The position numbers were made by a program, and so were the translations under genes. A DNA stretch of 24,000 bases, taken from Clostridia bacterium. Its GTDB lineage: Bacteria; Bacillota; Clostridia; Oscillospirales; Acutalibacteraceae. Below, one piece after another: positions 14,369 through 22,985 of this stretch; the first letter of the stretch is position 1; each line of letters starts with the position of its first letter. Below the pieces are notes generated by a model. That model saw nothing but the letters and a program-made list of their open reading frames with translations, was not told the DNA's origin and made no database searches. The stretch spans positions 10,031 through 34,030 of the forward strand of contig JAFQCH010000005.1 in the NCBI GenBank assembly GCA_017416485.1, given 5' to 3'.

Positions 14369-16183
14369 TTACTTTTTACCGAGTACGGGCATTGCAGTCA
14401 TGCGAAGTCTGCTGCAGCCGTAGGGTTGCAGCTTGATTTCGGTGACTTCGGAAATCGGTGTTGTTGATTTGGGGGTCTTTCTGCAAACTGTTTTGTAGGG
14501 GAATTTCAGTCCCCAGTCAATCTGTTGCATTTTTGCTTCAATGGTCACGGGTGGTTTCTCTTGCGAGAACGGATAGGCGCCGATTTCGTTGTATTTTACT
14601 TCAAACTCCGTGCCTGCAAAAGCGTAGTTGAAGTCTGTTTGCGGAATAAACTGATAATCGCAATAGGGAAACTTGCGTTCCACACCGAAGCGGGTGTATT
14701 CGTGCATTTTCTTTTCGTATTTGATCGGCACACTGAACAGCAAAGAACCCATCTGCAAAGCAGAAAGCCCATGCGGTCTTTCTTTGAAAAACGGTGTTGC
14801 ACTGAATTCGATGTCAATTTCCGTTTTGCCCTGTTTTACGGCAAATGCAAGGTCTTTTACTTCGGCACTTTCGCCGTTGACTTTTAAGTTTTCGGCAAAG
14901 GACGGAATGCGGATAACAAAATCGAAATCCTTGTCCGATTCAATCGAATAGTGCATTTTGTTCTTGAACGGATATTCGGTTTCGAGCTTGATTGTAATGC
15001 CGTTGTCTGTCAGCACAGACGGGAGCATCACGGAATTGATAATGGTGTTGTCCTTGTGCATGAATGCGGAAACGGCAAATTTCGGCCAACCCTGATTGAA
15101 GTTTGCCGTGCAGCAGCCGAAGTTCGGTTCCAGACCGAACAGGTGTGCCTCGGGGCCGTTTGTGCTGAACGGAGCCGGGATGATTGTTCTCTGACAGGCA
15201 ATCTGATTCACCATCTGCACATACTGATGTGTCCACATATCTTCGCTCAGCGTGGCAGGCAGTGCATTGAAAGCGAGCACTTCAAGTCTGTCTGCCCATT
15301 TGTTGTCACCTGTGACGGCAAACAGATGCTCATACGAAAACATCTGCTCCACAATGGAGCAAAGCTCGGTGCCTCTTGCCGGGTCAAGTCCCGAAAGCAC
15401 TTCATCGCCCGTGAATCCCTCAAATGCCGTGCCGTTGTAACGGTCAAGAACCGTACGCAGTTTTTCTGCATTGTCGGTGTAATTGTCACCTAATAATTCG
15501 TGCGAAACGGCTTCACTTTTGAGCATCATGGCAATGTTCACGATGTGGGTGTGGAATGTCCAGGCATGCGTCGGTATTTTCCAGAATTTCACAGCATCGT
15601 TGTAATCATAGCCCTGCTTCCTGAGGATTTTTGCAAGATCCGTAATCCATTCTTCCTTGTATCTTGCATACAGAAAATTGAGTGAAATGAAGGTTTCAAA
15701 CCATCTGTATTTTGCCCAGCCGAACAGTTTGATTTTTCCGCTTTTGAGCAGGACATAATAGTTTTGCATGGCTCTGTAAATGACTTCGGGAATTCGCTCG
15801 TCGCCCGAGCAATCGTAATACACCGTCAGTGTTTTGCAGATGAGCTGCAGTGCCCATGTGTCATAGGTGGATCTTTTGCTGTTCTTGCACGGGCAGATCC
15901 AACCATCACTTTGCTGCTGCGACACAATGGCATCTATATATTTTTTCACGGTGGCGATCATGTCGTCGTCTTCAAGAAGGTAGGCAAGCGGCACAAAACC
16001 GTCAAGCCAGTAGGGAACGCGTTCCCAGCCTTCACGGTTGCCTCCGACCCATTTGCTGTCGCGGATATCGGGCCAGATCTTATGTAAATTACCGCTTAAC
16101 CCTTGTGCCTGAATTTCAAGCTGACGGCGAAGCCAGCCTGCAGGCTTTATTTCTTTGGTTGTGTAAAACTGCCATATGTTCAT
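14369..16183 (-). CDS. Glycoside hydrolase family 127-like (DUF1680 / beta-L-arabinofuranosidase-type) protein
   Basis: The N-terminal block GWLRRQLEIQAQGLSGNLHKIWPDIRDSKWVGG...GWERVPYWLDGFVPLAYLL is typical of this family. The Cys-Cys motif is in EPNFGCCTANFNQGWPKF. The start is set at ATG (rc 16181-16183, MNIWQF), 6 nt after GAGGT. The track start at 16198 is a TTG inside the RBS region. Confidence 0.7.
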   Translation of the reverse strand: MNIWQFYTTKEIKPAGWLRRQLEIQAQGLSGNLHKIWPDIRDSKWVGGNREGWERVPYWLDGFVPLAYLLEDDDMIATVKKYIDAIVSQQQSDGWICPCKNSKRSTYDTWALQLICKTLTVYYDCSGDERIPEVIYRAMQNYYVLLKSGKIKLFGWAKYRWFETFISLNFLYARYKEEWITDLAKILRKQGYDYNDAVKFWKIPTHAWTFHTHIVNIAMMLKSEAVSHELLGDNYTDNAEKLRTVLDRYNGTAFEGFTGDEVLSGLDPARGTELCSIVEQMFSYEHLFAVTGDNKWADRLEVLAFNALPATLSEDMWTHQYVQMVNQIACQRTIIPAPFSTNGPEAHLFGLEPNFGCCTANFNQGWPKFAVSAFMHKDNTIINSVMLPSVLTDNGITIKLETEYPFKNKMHYSIESDKDFDFVIRIPSFAENLKVNGESAEVKDLAFAVKQGKTEIDIEFSATPFFKERPHGLSALQMGSLLFSVPIKYEKKMHEYTRFGVERKFPYCDYQFIPQTDFNYAFAGTEFEVKYNEIGAYPFSQEKPPVTIEAKMQQIDWGLKFPYKTVCRKTPKSTTPISEVTEIKLQPYGCSRLRMTAMPVLGKK

Positions 16184-16351
16184 GACATTACCTCGCAAAT
16201 ATTATTTTTATACTGAAGAAAATAGTAACAGATTCTGCTTTGTTTGTCAATCCGCGATTATTTTAGAAATCGGAATATAAAAAAGAATGTTTAAGAAGAA
16301 TAATATATGTATGATTAAAGAAAATAATACCAACGAAACAGAAGTTATCAC

Positions 16352-16380
16352 TTGACAATACCGTCTGTTTATCTTATTAT
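16352..16380 (+). promoter_or_regulatory. Sigma-A promoter of the rnf operon
   Basis: TTGACA (16352-16357), a 17-nt spacer, then TATTAT (16375-16380), about 65 nt upstream of the rnfC start. Confidence 0.55.
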
Positions 16381-16445
16381 TATTCTGTATGACTATGTAA
16401 TTGTGTAATCATATTTTCAAAATACATTCAGAAAGGTTTATGTTT

Positions 16446-17762
16446 ATGGGTTCTTATCTTCCCGGAATTTTCACCCCGCACAGAAAAGGCACAAAAGATG
16501 TGTCCGTTGCCCGCATTGAAAATGTGCAGACCGTAACCATTCCGATGTCCATGCACATCGGCAAGCCCGCAAAGCCTGTTGTTAAGGTTGGGGATTTGGT
16601 TAAAGTCGGCACAAAAATCGGCGAGGCTGACGGTAAAATTTCATCCGACATTTACGCAAGTGTATCCGGCAAAGTGGTACGTCTGGCAGATTTTTTGCTG
16701 TCCAACGGTGCAACGACTACCGCCGTTGTTATTGAGGCTGACGGCGAAATGACAAAGGAAGACGTTTCTGCTCCCGTTATCAACAGTCGTGAAGATTTCA
16801 TTGCCGCTGTAAAGCAGAGTGGTGTTGTCGGTCTCGGCGGTGCAGGTTTTCCGACACATGTCAAGCTCGATGTTCCTGCCGAAAAAATTGACTATCTGCT
16901 GATCAACGGTGCCGAATGCGAACCGTATATCACAAGTGACTCCGTCACCATGCTCACCCGCAGGGATGATATTCTTTATGCAATCAATGCACTGAACCGT
17001 TATCTCGGTGTCAAGAACATCATCATCGGTCTTGAAAAGAGCAACAAAAAGGTGATTGCCGCCATGCAAGAACTGGCAGCATCCGTCAGCGGCTTTTCCG
17101 TCACCGTGAAAGTTCTGCCGGACAAGTATCCGCAGGGCGGTGAAAAGGTGCTTGTTTACCATGCAACAGGCCGCAAGATTCCCGCAGGCAAGTTGCCTAT
17201 TGATATCGGCTGTGTTGTGCTCAACAGCACTTCCGTTGCCGCGATCGGCTCGTATCTCAGAACAGGTATGCCCCTTGTTAAAAAGTGTATCACAGTTGAA
17301 GGCGGTGCTGTCAAACAGCCGCAGAATGTGATCGCTCCCGTCGGCACGCCGCTGAAAGAACTGTTTGAGCTTTGCGGCGGTTTCAAGGAAGAACCCGTCA
17401 AGATTATTTACGGCGGTCCCATGATGGGCATTACCGTGCCGAATGCGGATGTGCCTGTCATCAAAAACACAAATGCCATTCTTGCACTGACGAAAAAGGA
17501 AGCAAAACAGCCCAAGTCCACTGCTTGCATCCGTTGTGGTGCTTGTGTCAACACCTGCCCGTTTGGTCTTGCCCCTGTAAACATTGCCGAAGCCTATGAA
17601 AAGGAAGATGTTGATGCACTCAACAATCTTTCTGTTAATGCCTGCATGGAATGCGGTTGCTGCAGTTTTGTATGCCCCGGAAACCGTCCTCTGGTGCAGA
17701 TCAATAAATTGTCAAAAAATCTTATCAGAGAGAAAGCTGCAAAGGAGGGTAACAAGTCATGA
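16446..17762 (+). CDS. rnfC: Rnf electron-transport complex subunit C
   Basis: Contains GLGGAGFPTHVK, NGAECEPYITSD and two 4Fe-4S motifs (CIRCGACVNTCP, CMECGCCSFVCP). The start is chosen at ATG 16446, 9 nt after GAAAGG. ATG 16440 is equally possible. The track start at 16401 precedes the RBS. Confidence 0.9.
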   Translation: MGSYLPGIFTPHRKGTKDVSVARIENVQTVTIPMSMHIGKPAKPVVKVGDLVKVGTKIGEADGKISSDIYASVSGKVVRLADFLLSNGATTTAVVIEADGEMTKEDVSAPVINSREDFIAAVKQSGVVGLGGAGFPTHVKLDVPAEKIDYLLINGAECEPYITSDSVTMLTRRDDILYAINALNRYLGVKNIIIGLEKSNKKVIAAMQELAASVSGFSVTVKVLPDKYPQGGEKVLVYHATGRKIPAGKLPIDIGCVVLNSTSVAAIGSYLRTGMPLVKKCITVEGGAVKQPQNVIAPVGTPLKELFELCGGFKEEPVKIIYGGPMMGITVPNADVPVIKNTNAILALTKKEAKQPKSTACIRCGACVNTCPFGLAPVNIAEAYEKEDVDALNNLSVNACMECGCCSFVCPGNRPLVQINKLSKNLIREKAAKEGNKS

Positions 17763-18679
17763 GCGCTTTGTCTACCGTTACGGTCTCTCCGCATATCCAC
17801 AGCGGTAAAACCACCGCACGGATCATGCTGGATGTTTTAATTGCCTTGCTTCCCGCCACCATTGCCGGTACGGTCATTTTTGGCTGGAAAGCATTGGCGG
17901 TCGTTGCCGTCTGCGTTGTCTGCTGTGTCGGCTTTGAAGCACTCTTCAATCTTGCAAGCAAAAAAGAACAGACCGTCGGCGATTTGTCCGCGGCTGTTAC
18001 AGGTCTGTTGCTTGCCTTGAATCTTCCCGTCGATGTGCCGCTGTGGCAGTGTGCGGTCGGTTCACTGTTTGCCATCATCCTTGTAAAATGCCTGTTCGGC
18101 GGCCTCGGCTGCAACCTTGTAAACCCCGCTATCACAGCACGCGTATTCATGTTGGTTGCTTTCAGTTCTCTGGCAGTTCCGTCTTTCCCCGTGGATGCCG
18201 TTGCTTCCGCAACCCCGCTTAGCAGTGAAACCATGCCGTCTTTGCTTGATTTGTTCCTCGGCAATCACGGCGGTGCCATCGGTGAAACCTGTGCACCGGC
18301 TTTGCTTCTCGGCGGCATTTATCTGCTTGTGCGCCGTGTGATCACATGGCACGTTCCCGTGCTTTACATTGCAACCGTTTTTGTGTTCTCTCTTTTCATG
18401 GAAGGCTTCGATGCCGTTGCCGCTTTGTCTATGATTTTGTCGGGCGGTCTGTTTATCGGTGCATTCTTCATGGCAACCGACTACACCACTTCTCCCTATA
18501 CTGCCCGGGGCAAGGTCATTTTTGCCGTCGGCGCAGGTCTTCTCACTTGCCTGATCCGTTATTTCGGAACATACCCCGAAGGTGTTTCCTTTGCAATCCT
18601 GTTTATGAACATTCTCAATCCTTATATTTGCAAGTGGACAAAGCGTAAAGTTTTTGCAGCAGGAGGCGAAGAAAAATGA
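17759..18679 (+). CDS. rnfD: Rnf complex subunit D (polytopic membrane, NqrB-like)
   Basis: SPHIHS near the N-terminus, ATPL, and FFMATDYTTSP, which contains the conserved flavinylation-site region. The start ATG overlaps the rnfC stop (ATGA). A GGAGGG RBS precedes it. Confidence 0.9.
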   Translation: MSALSTVTVSPHIHSGKTTARIMLDVLIALLPATIAGTVIFGWKALAVVAVCVVCCVGFEALFNLASKKEQTVGDLSAAVTGLLLALNLPVDVPLWQCAVGSLFAIILVKCLFGGLGCNLVNPAITARVFMLVAFSSLAVPSFPVDAVASATPLSSETMPSLLDLFLGNHGGAIGETCAPALLLGGIYLLVRRVITWHVPVLYIATVFVFSLFMEGFDAVAALSMILSGGLFIGAFFMATDYTTSPYTARGKVIFAVGAGLLTCLIRYFGTYPEGVSFAILFMNILNPYICKWTKRKVFAAGGEEK

Positions 18680-19860
18680 AAACAAAAATCAGGAATCTTG
18701 CTGTGTTTGTCTGCATCTGTTCGGTCATTACCTTGCTTCTTGCTGTGACAAACTTCATCACTGCTCCCATTATTGAAGAAAATCAGAATGCCGCCGCCAA
18801 TCAGGCACTCATGGAAGTTATGCCCGATGCACAAGGTTTTGAAGTGGTGGATATCAGCACACTTACCCTGCCTGCCACCGTGACCGAAGTGAATAAAGAA
18901 ACTTCGGGGCTCGGTTATGTTATCAAACTCAAAACCGCAGGTTACGGCTCGGATATGATTATTATGTGCGGTGTCACAAATGACGGTGTTGTCACGGGTG
19001 CTGTCTGCCTTTCTTCCAACGAAACCCTCGGCAAGGAAAAGACTTACGGCGAAAACTTCAAAGACAAAGATGCCGCAGGTGTTGAATCGGTTGACATCAT
19101 CACAGGTGCCACCAAAACCACCGAAGCCTACAAAAATGCCATCAAGGATGCTCTGAATTCTGTTGTGATTCTCGGCGGCGGCTCGGTTGATATCCGCACC
19201 GAAGCAGAAATCCTTGCCGATAATCTTTCTGCCGCATTCCCCGACGGTGAAGGCAGTTTTGAAAAGATGTTTATGGTCGAATACCTCGAAGGCATTGATG
19301 CGGTTTACACCGCAACAAACGGCAAAGGCTTTGTCTTTGCCGTCGGCGAACAATTTGTCGGTGTTGACACGGACGGTACGGTCGTGACCGAAGGAGTCGA
19401 AGATGCAACACTGTTCACAAATGCACTTGCTGTTATCAAGGCAACTGTTACGGAAGATATTGACCTGACTTCTTTCCCCGACCTTGCAAAGCATGTTGTT
19501 TCCGCAAAGAAGACCGCTTCGGGCAACTTCATTCTTGAAACCAAGGGTGCCGGCTACGGCATCAAGGGCGGCAACGAATATCATCCCGCTTCGGGCGAAT
19601 ATATCATTGTCCGTGTGGCTGTTACACCCGATATGCAGATCCTTGATTGCATCACCGTTTCCGAAGCCGAAACCGACGGTCTCGGCGATGCGTGTGCAGA
19701 CGAAAGCTTCTATGGCCGGTTTGCAGGCAAAACAGTAAACGATTACAAAGAAATTGATGCCATCAGCGGTGCAACCCTGACCACTGACGGTTATTTGCAG
19801 GCGATTGAACGCGCATTTAATGCAGTAAAGACATTGAACGGAGGTGCTGAAAATGAATAA
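18676..19860 (+). CDS. rnfG: Rnf complex subunit G, unusually long (394 aa) with two FMN-binding modules
   Basis: An N-terminal TM anchor is followed by a canonical RnfG module ending in DIITGATKTTEAY (T146, nt 19111-19113). A second module ends in DAISGATLTTDGY (T367, nt 19774-19776). The start has an AGGAGG RBS and overlaps the rnfD stop. Confidence 0.85.
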   Translation: MKTKIRNLAVFVCICSVITLLLAVTNFITAPIIEENQNAAANQALMEVMPDAQGFEVVDISTLTLPATVTEVNKETSGLGYVIKLKTAGYGSDMIIMCGVTNDGVVTGAVCLSSNETLGKEKTYGENFKDKDAAGVESVDIITGATKTTEAYKNAIKDALNSVVILGGGSVDIRTEAEILADNLSAAFPDGEGSFEKMFMVEYLEGIDAVYTATNGKGFVFAVGEQFVGVDTDGTVVTEGVEDATLFTNALAVIKATVTEDIDLTSFPDLAKHVVSAKKTASGNFILETKGAGYGIKGGNEYHPASGEYIIVRVAVTPDMQILDCITVSEAETDGLGDACADESFYGRFAGKTVNDYKEIDAISGATLTTDGYLQAIERAFNAVKTLNGGAENE

Positions 19861-20542
19861 AAACACATCTGCTTCTGTATTGCTCAACGGCATTCTGAAG
19901 GAAAACCCTGTTCTGGTGCTCATTCTCGGCACCTGTCCCACCCTTGCCACAACAACCACCGTTGACGGTGCGTTCGGTATGGGTATTGCGGCAATGGCAG
20001 TTCTTATCTGTTCGAATGTGTTTATTTCACTTCTTCGTAAAGTGATTCCCGAATCCATGCGTATTCCTTGTTATATTGTTATCATCGCAGGTTTTGTTAC
20101 CATCGTTAAGATGCTTGTGCAGGCATTTTTGCCCGACCTGTATGTCACCCTCGGTGTGTATCTTGACCTGATTACCGTTAACTGCATCATTCTCGGCAGA
20201 GCTGAAATGTTTGCAAACAAGAACCCCGTTGTCGCTTCCGCGCTCGACGGCATCGGCATGGGCCTCGGCTTTACCCTTGCACTCACATTGATGTCCACCA
20301 TCCGCGAAGTGTTCGGCGCCGCATCCTTTGCAGGTATTGCCATTCCGTTCCTTGAAAACTACAAAATCGAATTCTTTACCAAAGCCCCCGGCGGATTGGT
20401 GGTTTACGGTCTGTTGATCGCTCTCATTTATGTTGTGACCCACGGCAGAGCCCCCGTCAAAAAGTCCTTCTCCTGTGAAGGCTGCCCGAATGCAGGTACC
20501 TGCCACGGTGCCGCATGTGAAAAGAAAGGAGCTGAAAGCTGA
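19853..20542 (+). CDS. rnfE: Rnf complex subunit E with a Cys-rich C-terminal tail
   Basis: LGTCPTLATT and ITVNCIILGRAE are RnfE/NqrD hallmarks. The start is set at ATG 19853, 7 nt after GGAGGT. The track GTG at 19844 lies inside that RBS. Confidence 0.9.
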   Translation: MNKNTSASVLLNGILKENPVLVLILGTCPTLATTTTVDGAFGMGIAAMAVLICSNVFISLLRKVIPESMRIPCYIVIIAGFVTIVKMLVQAFLPDLYVTLGVYLDLITVNCIILGRAEMFANKNPVVASALDGIGMGLGFTLALTLMSTIREVFGAASFAGIAIPFLENYKIEFFTKAPGGLVVYGLLIALIYVVTHGRAPVKKSFSCEGCPNAGTCHGAACEKKGAES

Positions 20543-21138
20543 TGGATGTTAAAGTGCTGATTGTTATTCTTCTGTCTGCCGTTTTTGTTGACAACTACGT
20601 TCTCAGCAGATTCCTCGGCATCTGTCCGTTCCTCGGCGTTTCCAAAAAAATCGATCAGGCGGTCGGTATGGGTGTTGCGGTTACCATGGTTATGCTTCTT
20701 GCAACTGCTGTTACATGGCCCATTCAGTATTATGTGCTCAACACCCTGAACCTCGGCTATCTGCAGAACATTGCATTCATTCTTGTTATTGCAACGCTTG
20801 TGCAGATTCTGGAACTGCTTCTTAAAAAGTTCTCACCTTCGCTGTACAAAGGCCTCGGTGTGTATCTGCCGCTGATCACCACCAACTGTGCGGTGCTCGG
20901 TGTTACCATCAACAACATCATTGATGGCTACAACTTCCTTGAATCCATGGTCAGCTCCCTTGGATGCGGTCTCGGTTTCCTGCTTGCCATGGTGCTGTTT
21001 TCGGGGCTTCGTTCCAAAATCAATGACTCCAAAGTGCCCGCACCGTTCCGCGGCCTTGCCGTGACCCTCATTGCCGCTTCGTTCATTTCCCTTGCATTCA
21101 TGGGATTCAGCGGCATTGTGGAAAATATTTTTGCTTGA
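20542..21138 (+). CDS. rnfA: Rnf complex subunit A
   Basis: FLGICPFLGVS and PLITTNCAVLG are RnfA/NqrE hallmarks. TGATG stop/start overlap with rnfE. An AAAGGAG RBS precedes it. Confidence 0.9.
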   Translation: MDVKVLIVILLSAVFVDNYVLSRFLGICPFLGVSKKIDQAVGMGVAVTMVMLLATAVTWPIQYYVLNTLNLGYLQNIAFILVIATLVQILELLLKKFSPSLYKGLGVYLPLITTNCAVLGVTINNIIDGYNFLESMVSSLGCGLGFLLAMVLFSGLRSKINDSKVPAPFRGLAVTLIAASFISLAFMGFSGIVENIFA

Positions 21139-21153
21139 TGAGAGGTGCCTGAT

Positions 21154-21987
21154 ATGGAAATATTGATTGCATTTCTTGTAATGTTGGCTGTTGCAGTCGT
21201 AGCAGGTGTTCTGCTGACTGTGTTCTCCCATTTCTTCGCTGTGCCGGAAGATCCGCTTAAAACGGAAATCCGTGCATGTCTTCCCGGCATCAACTGCGGT
21301 GCCTGCGGCTACAAAGGCTGTGACGACTATGCCGAAGCACTTGCCACAGGTGATGTCAAGCCCAATCTTTGCATTCCCGGTGCACAGGCTGTTGCCGATC
21401 AGATCGGTTCCATTCTTAATATCGAAGCCGAACCGTTTAAGGATGTTGTGGCATTCGTTGCCTGCAACGGCCATTGCGAAGCCACATTCAACACGGCGGC
21501 ATACGAAGGAGTCAAAACCTGTTCTGCCGCTTCCATGGTCTACGGCGGAACCAATTCCTGCCGCTATGGTTGTTTGGGTTACGGTGACTGTGCCAATGTT
21601 TGCCCGTCCGATGCCATTTGCCTTGCAGACGGCATCGCCCATATTGACACCTCGCGTTGCATCGGTTGCGGACTGTGTGCAAACACCTGCCCGAAGCATA
21701 TCATCCATATGATTCCGCAGGAAGCAAAAACTGTTGTTCTGTGCAGCAACAAGCAGAAAGGCGCCGATGCCAAAAAGGCTTGCAAAAATGCTTGCATCGC
21801 TTGCAGAAAGTGCGAAAAGACCTGCCCGAATGATGCCATCAAGGTCATTGACAATCTTGCAGTCATTGATTATGACAAGTGCACCAACTGCGGTGCCTGC
21901 GTGGCAGAATGCCCCACGGGCTGTCTGAAAACCGTATTTTTCCCCGATATTCCCGATGACGTCAATACCGAAGAACTGATCAAGTGA
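21154..21987 (+). CDS. rnfB: Rnf complex subunit B (membrane-anchored polyferredoxin)
   Basis: An N-terminal TM helix is followed by the CLPGINCGACGYKGC cluster and four C-x2-C-x2-C-x3-CP ferredoxin motifs. The start is set at ATG 21154 (MEILIAF), 8 nt after AGAGG. The track GTG at 21145 overlaps the RBS. Confidence 0.9.
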   Translation: MEILIAFLVMLAVAVVAGVLLTVFSHFFAVPEDPLKTEIRACLPGINCGACGYKGCDDYAEALATGDVKPNLCIPGAQAVADQIGSILNIEAEPFKDVVAFVACNGHCEATFNTAAYEGVKTCSAASMVYGGTNSCRYGCLGYGDCANVCPSDAICLADGIAHIDTSRCIGCGLCANTCPKHIIHMIPQEAKTVVLCSNKQKGADAKKACKNACIACRKCEKTCPNDAIKVIDNLAVIDYDKCTNCGACVAECPTGCLKTVFFPDIPDDVNTEELIK

Positions 21988-21988
21988 T

Positions 21989-22381
21989 ATGAAAAAAGAA
22001 ATCCCCAAAAAGCACCGTAATGATATCATTCTGATTGCTTGCGTGTTGCTTGTTGCGGCGGTCGGATTTGTGTATCTGAATTTTTTCCGCAGTGAAGGAA
22101 ATACCGTCACGGTCACGGTGGACGGAACCGAATACGGTGTGTATTCTCTTTCGGAAAACAGAACAGAGGATATTTACACAGGGGGAGATAACCAACACCA
22201 TAACCGCCTTGTCATCAAAGACGGCAAAGCATACATGGAAACCGCAAGTTGCCCTGACGGCATCTGCGTTGCCCATAAGCCTGTTTTTCGTGACGGCGAA
22301 AGCATCATCTGCCTTCCCAACCGCGTGGTTGTTACGGTTGACCTTGCAGATGAAACAGAAACTCCCGATATTATCATGTAA
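21989..22381 (+). CDS. NusG domain II-containing membrane-anchored protein (DUF1312/PF07009-like)
   Basis: An N-terminal TM helix is followed by TVTVTVDGTEYGVYSL...NRLVIKDGKAYMETASCPDGICVAHKPV...ESIICLPNRVVVTV, the characteristic C-P-D-x-x-C and LPN pattern of this family. Confidence 0.7.
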   Translation: MKKEIPKKHRNDIILIACVLLVAAVGFVYLNFFRSEGNTVTVTVDGTEYGVYSLSENRTEDIYTGGDNQHHNRLVIKDGKAYMETASCPDGICVAHKPVFRDGESIICLPNRVVVTVDLADETETPDIIM

Positions 22382-22385
22382 GTAG

Positions 22386-22898
22386 GTGCCTGCTTTGAAA
22401 AACAAATCGAAATCCGTTGCTTTTGCGGGCATCTGCGTTGCACTGGCTCTGATATTGGCATACATCGAAGTGCTGTTGCCGCCTTTGTTCAGTGCGGTGC
22501 CCGGTATCAAAATGGGTTTGCCGAATATTATTATTGTGTTTCTGTTGTATCGGCGCGGTCCCGTATTTGCCGGTATTGTTTCGCTGTTGCGAATCCTTCT
22601 TGTCAGCATGCTGTTTGGCAATGTGATGGCACTCCTGTACAGCCTTGCGGGTGGTATTCTCAGTCTTGCGGTGATGGTGATTCTCAAAAAACTGAATGCA
22701 CTGTCACCCGTCGGTGTCAGTGTTGCCGGCGGTGTCACGCATAATGTCGGACAGATCATGATGGCCGTTTTGTTGCTTGACACCGTGCAGATCGGGTATT
22801 ATCTCGTCGTACTTGCCATCACGGGAACCATTGCAGGGATCGTGATCGGTCTGTGCGGAGTGTTGCTTGTGAAAAGAATTCCGCAAAAGCTTATCTGA
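22386..22898 (+). CDS. Gx transporter family protein (PF07456, the family annotated as heptaprenyl diphosphate synthase component I-like)
   Basis: About five TM helices. ALALILAYIEVLLPP...PGIKMGLPNIIIVFLLY...GGVTHNVGQI is typical of the family and of its pairing with NusG-II proteins. The start is uncertain (GTG 22386 or TTG 22395). Confidence 0.7.
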   Translation: MPALKNKSKSVAFAGICVALALILAYIEVLLPPLFSAVPGIKMGLPNIIIVFLLYRRGPVFAGIVSLLRILLVSMLFGNVMALLYSLAGGILSLAVMVILKKLNALSPVGVSVAGGVTHNVGQIMMAVLLLDTVQIGYYLVVLAITGTIAGIVIGLCGVLLVKRIPQKLI

Positions 22899-22912
22899 AT
22901 GTATATTTATGG

Positions 22913-22941
22913 TTGACAAAAACCAATAATTGTTGTAATAT
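22913..22941 (+). promoter_or_regulatory. Sigma-A promoter of the lipoprotein gene
   Basis: TTGACA (22913-22918), a 17-nt spacer, then TAATAT (22936-22941), about 45 nt upstream of ATG 22986. Confidence 0.55.
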
Positions 22942-22985
22942 GTCCGCGGTAAAAAATATAATAAAATAAAAAGGAGCTATTTCTC

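Noticed and set aside
18622-20058. 478-aa minus-strand ORF antisense to rnfG, and similarly 20833-22116 (427 aa) antisense to rnfA/rnfB and 17725-18264 / 18062-18685 antisense to rnfD
   Set aside because: All lie opposite a tightly coupled rnfCDGEAB operon with strong motifs. They have no RBS and atypical composition.
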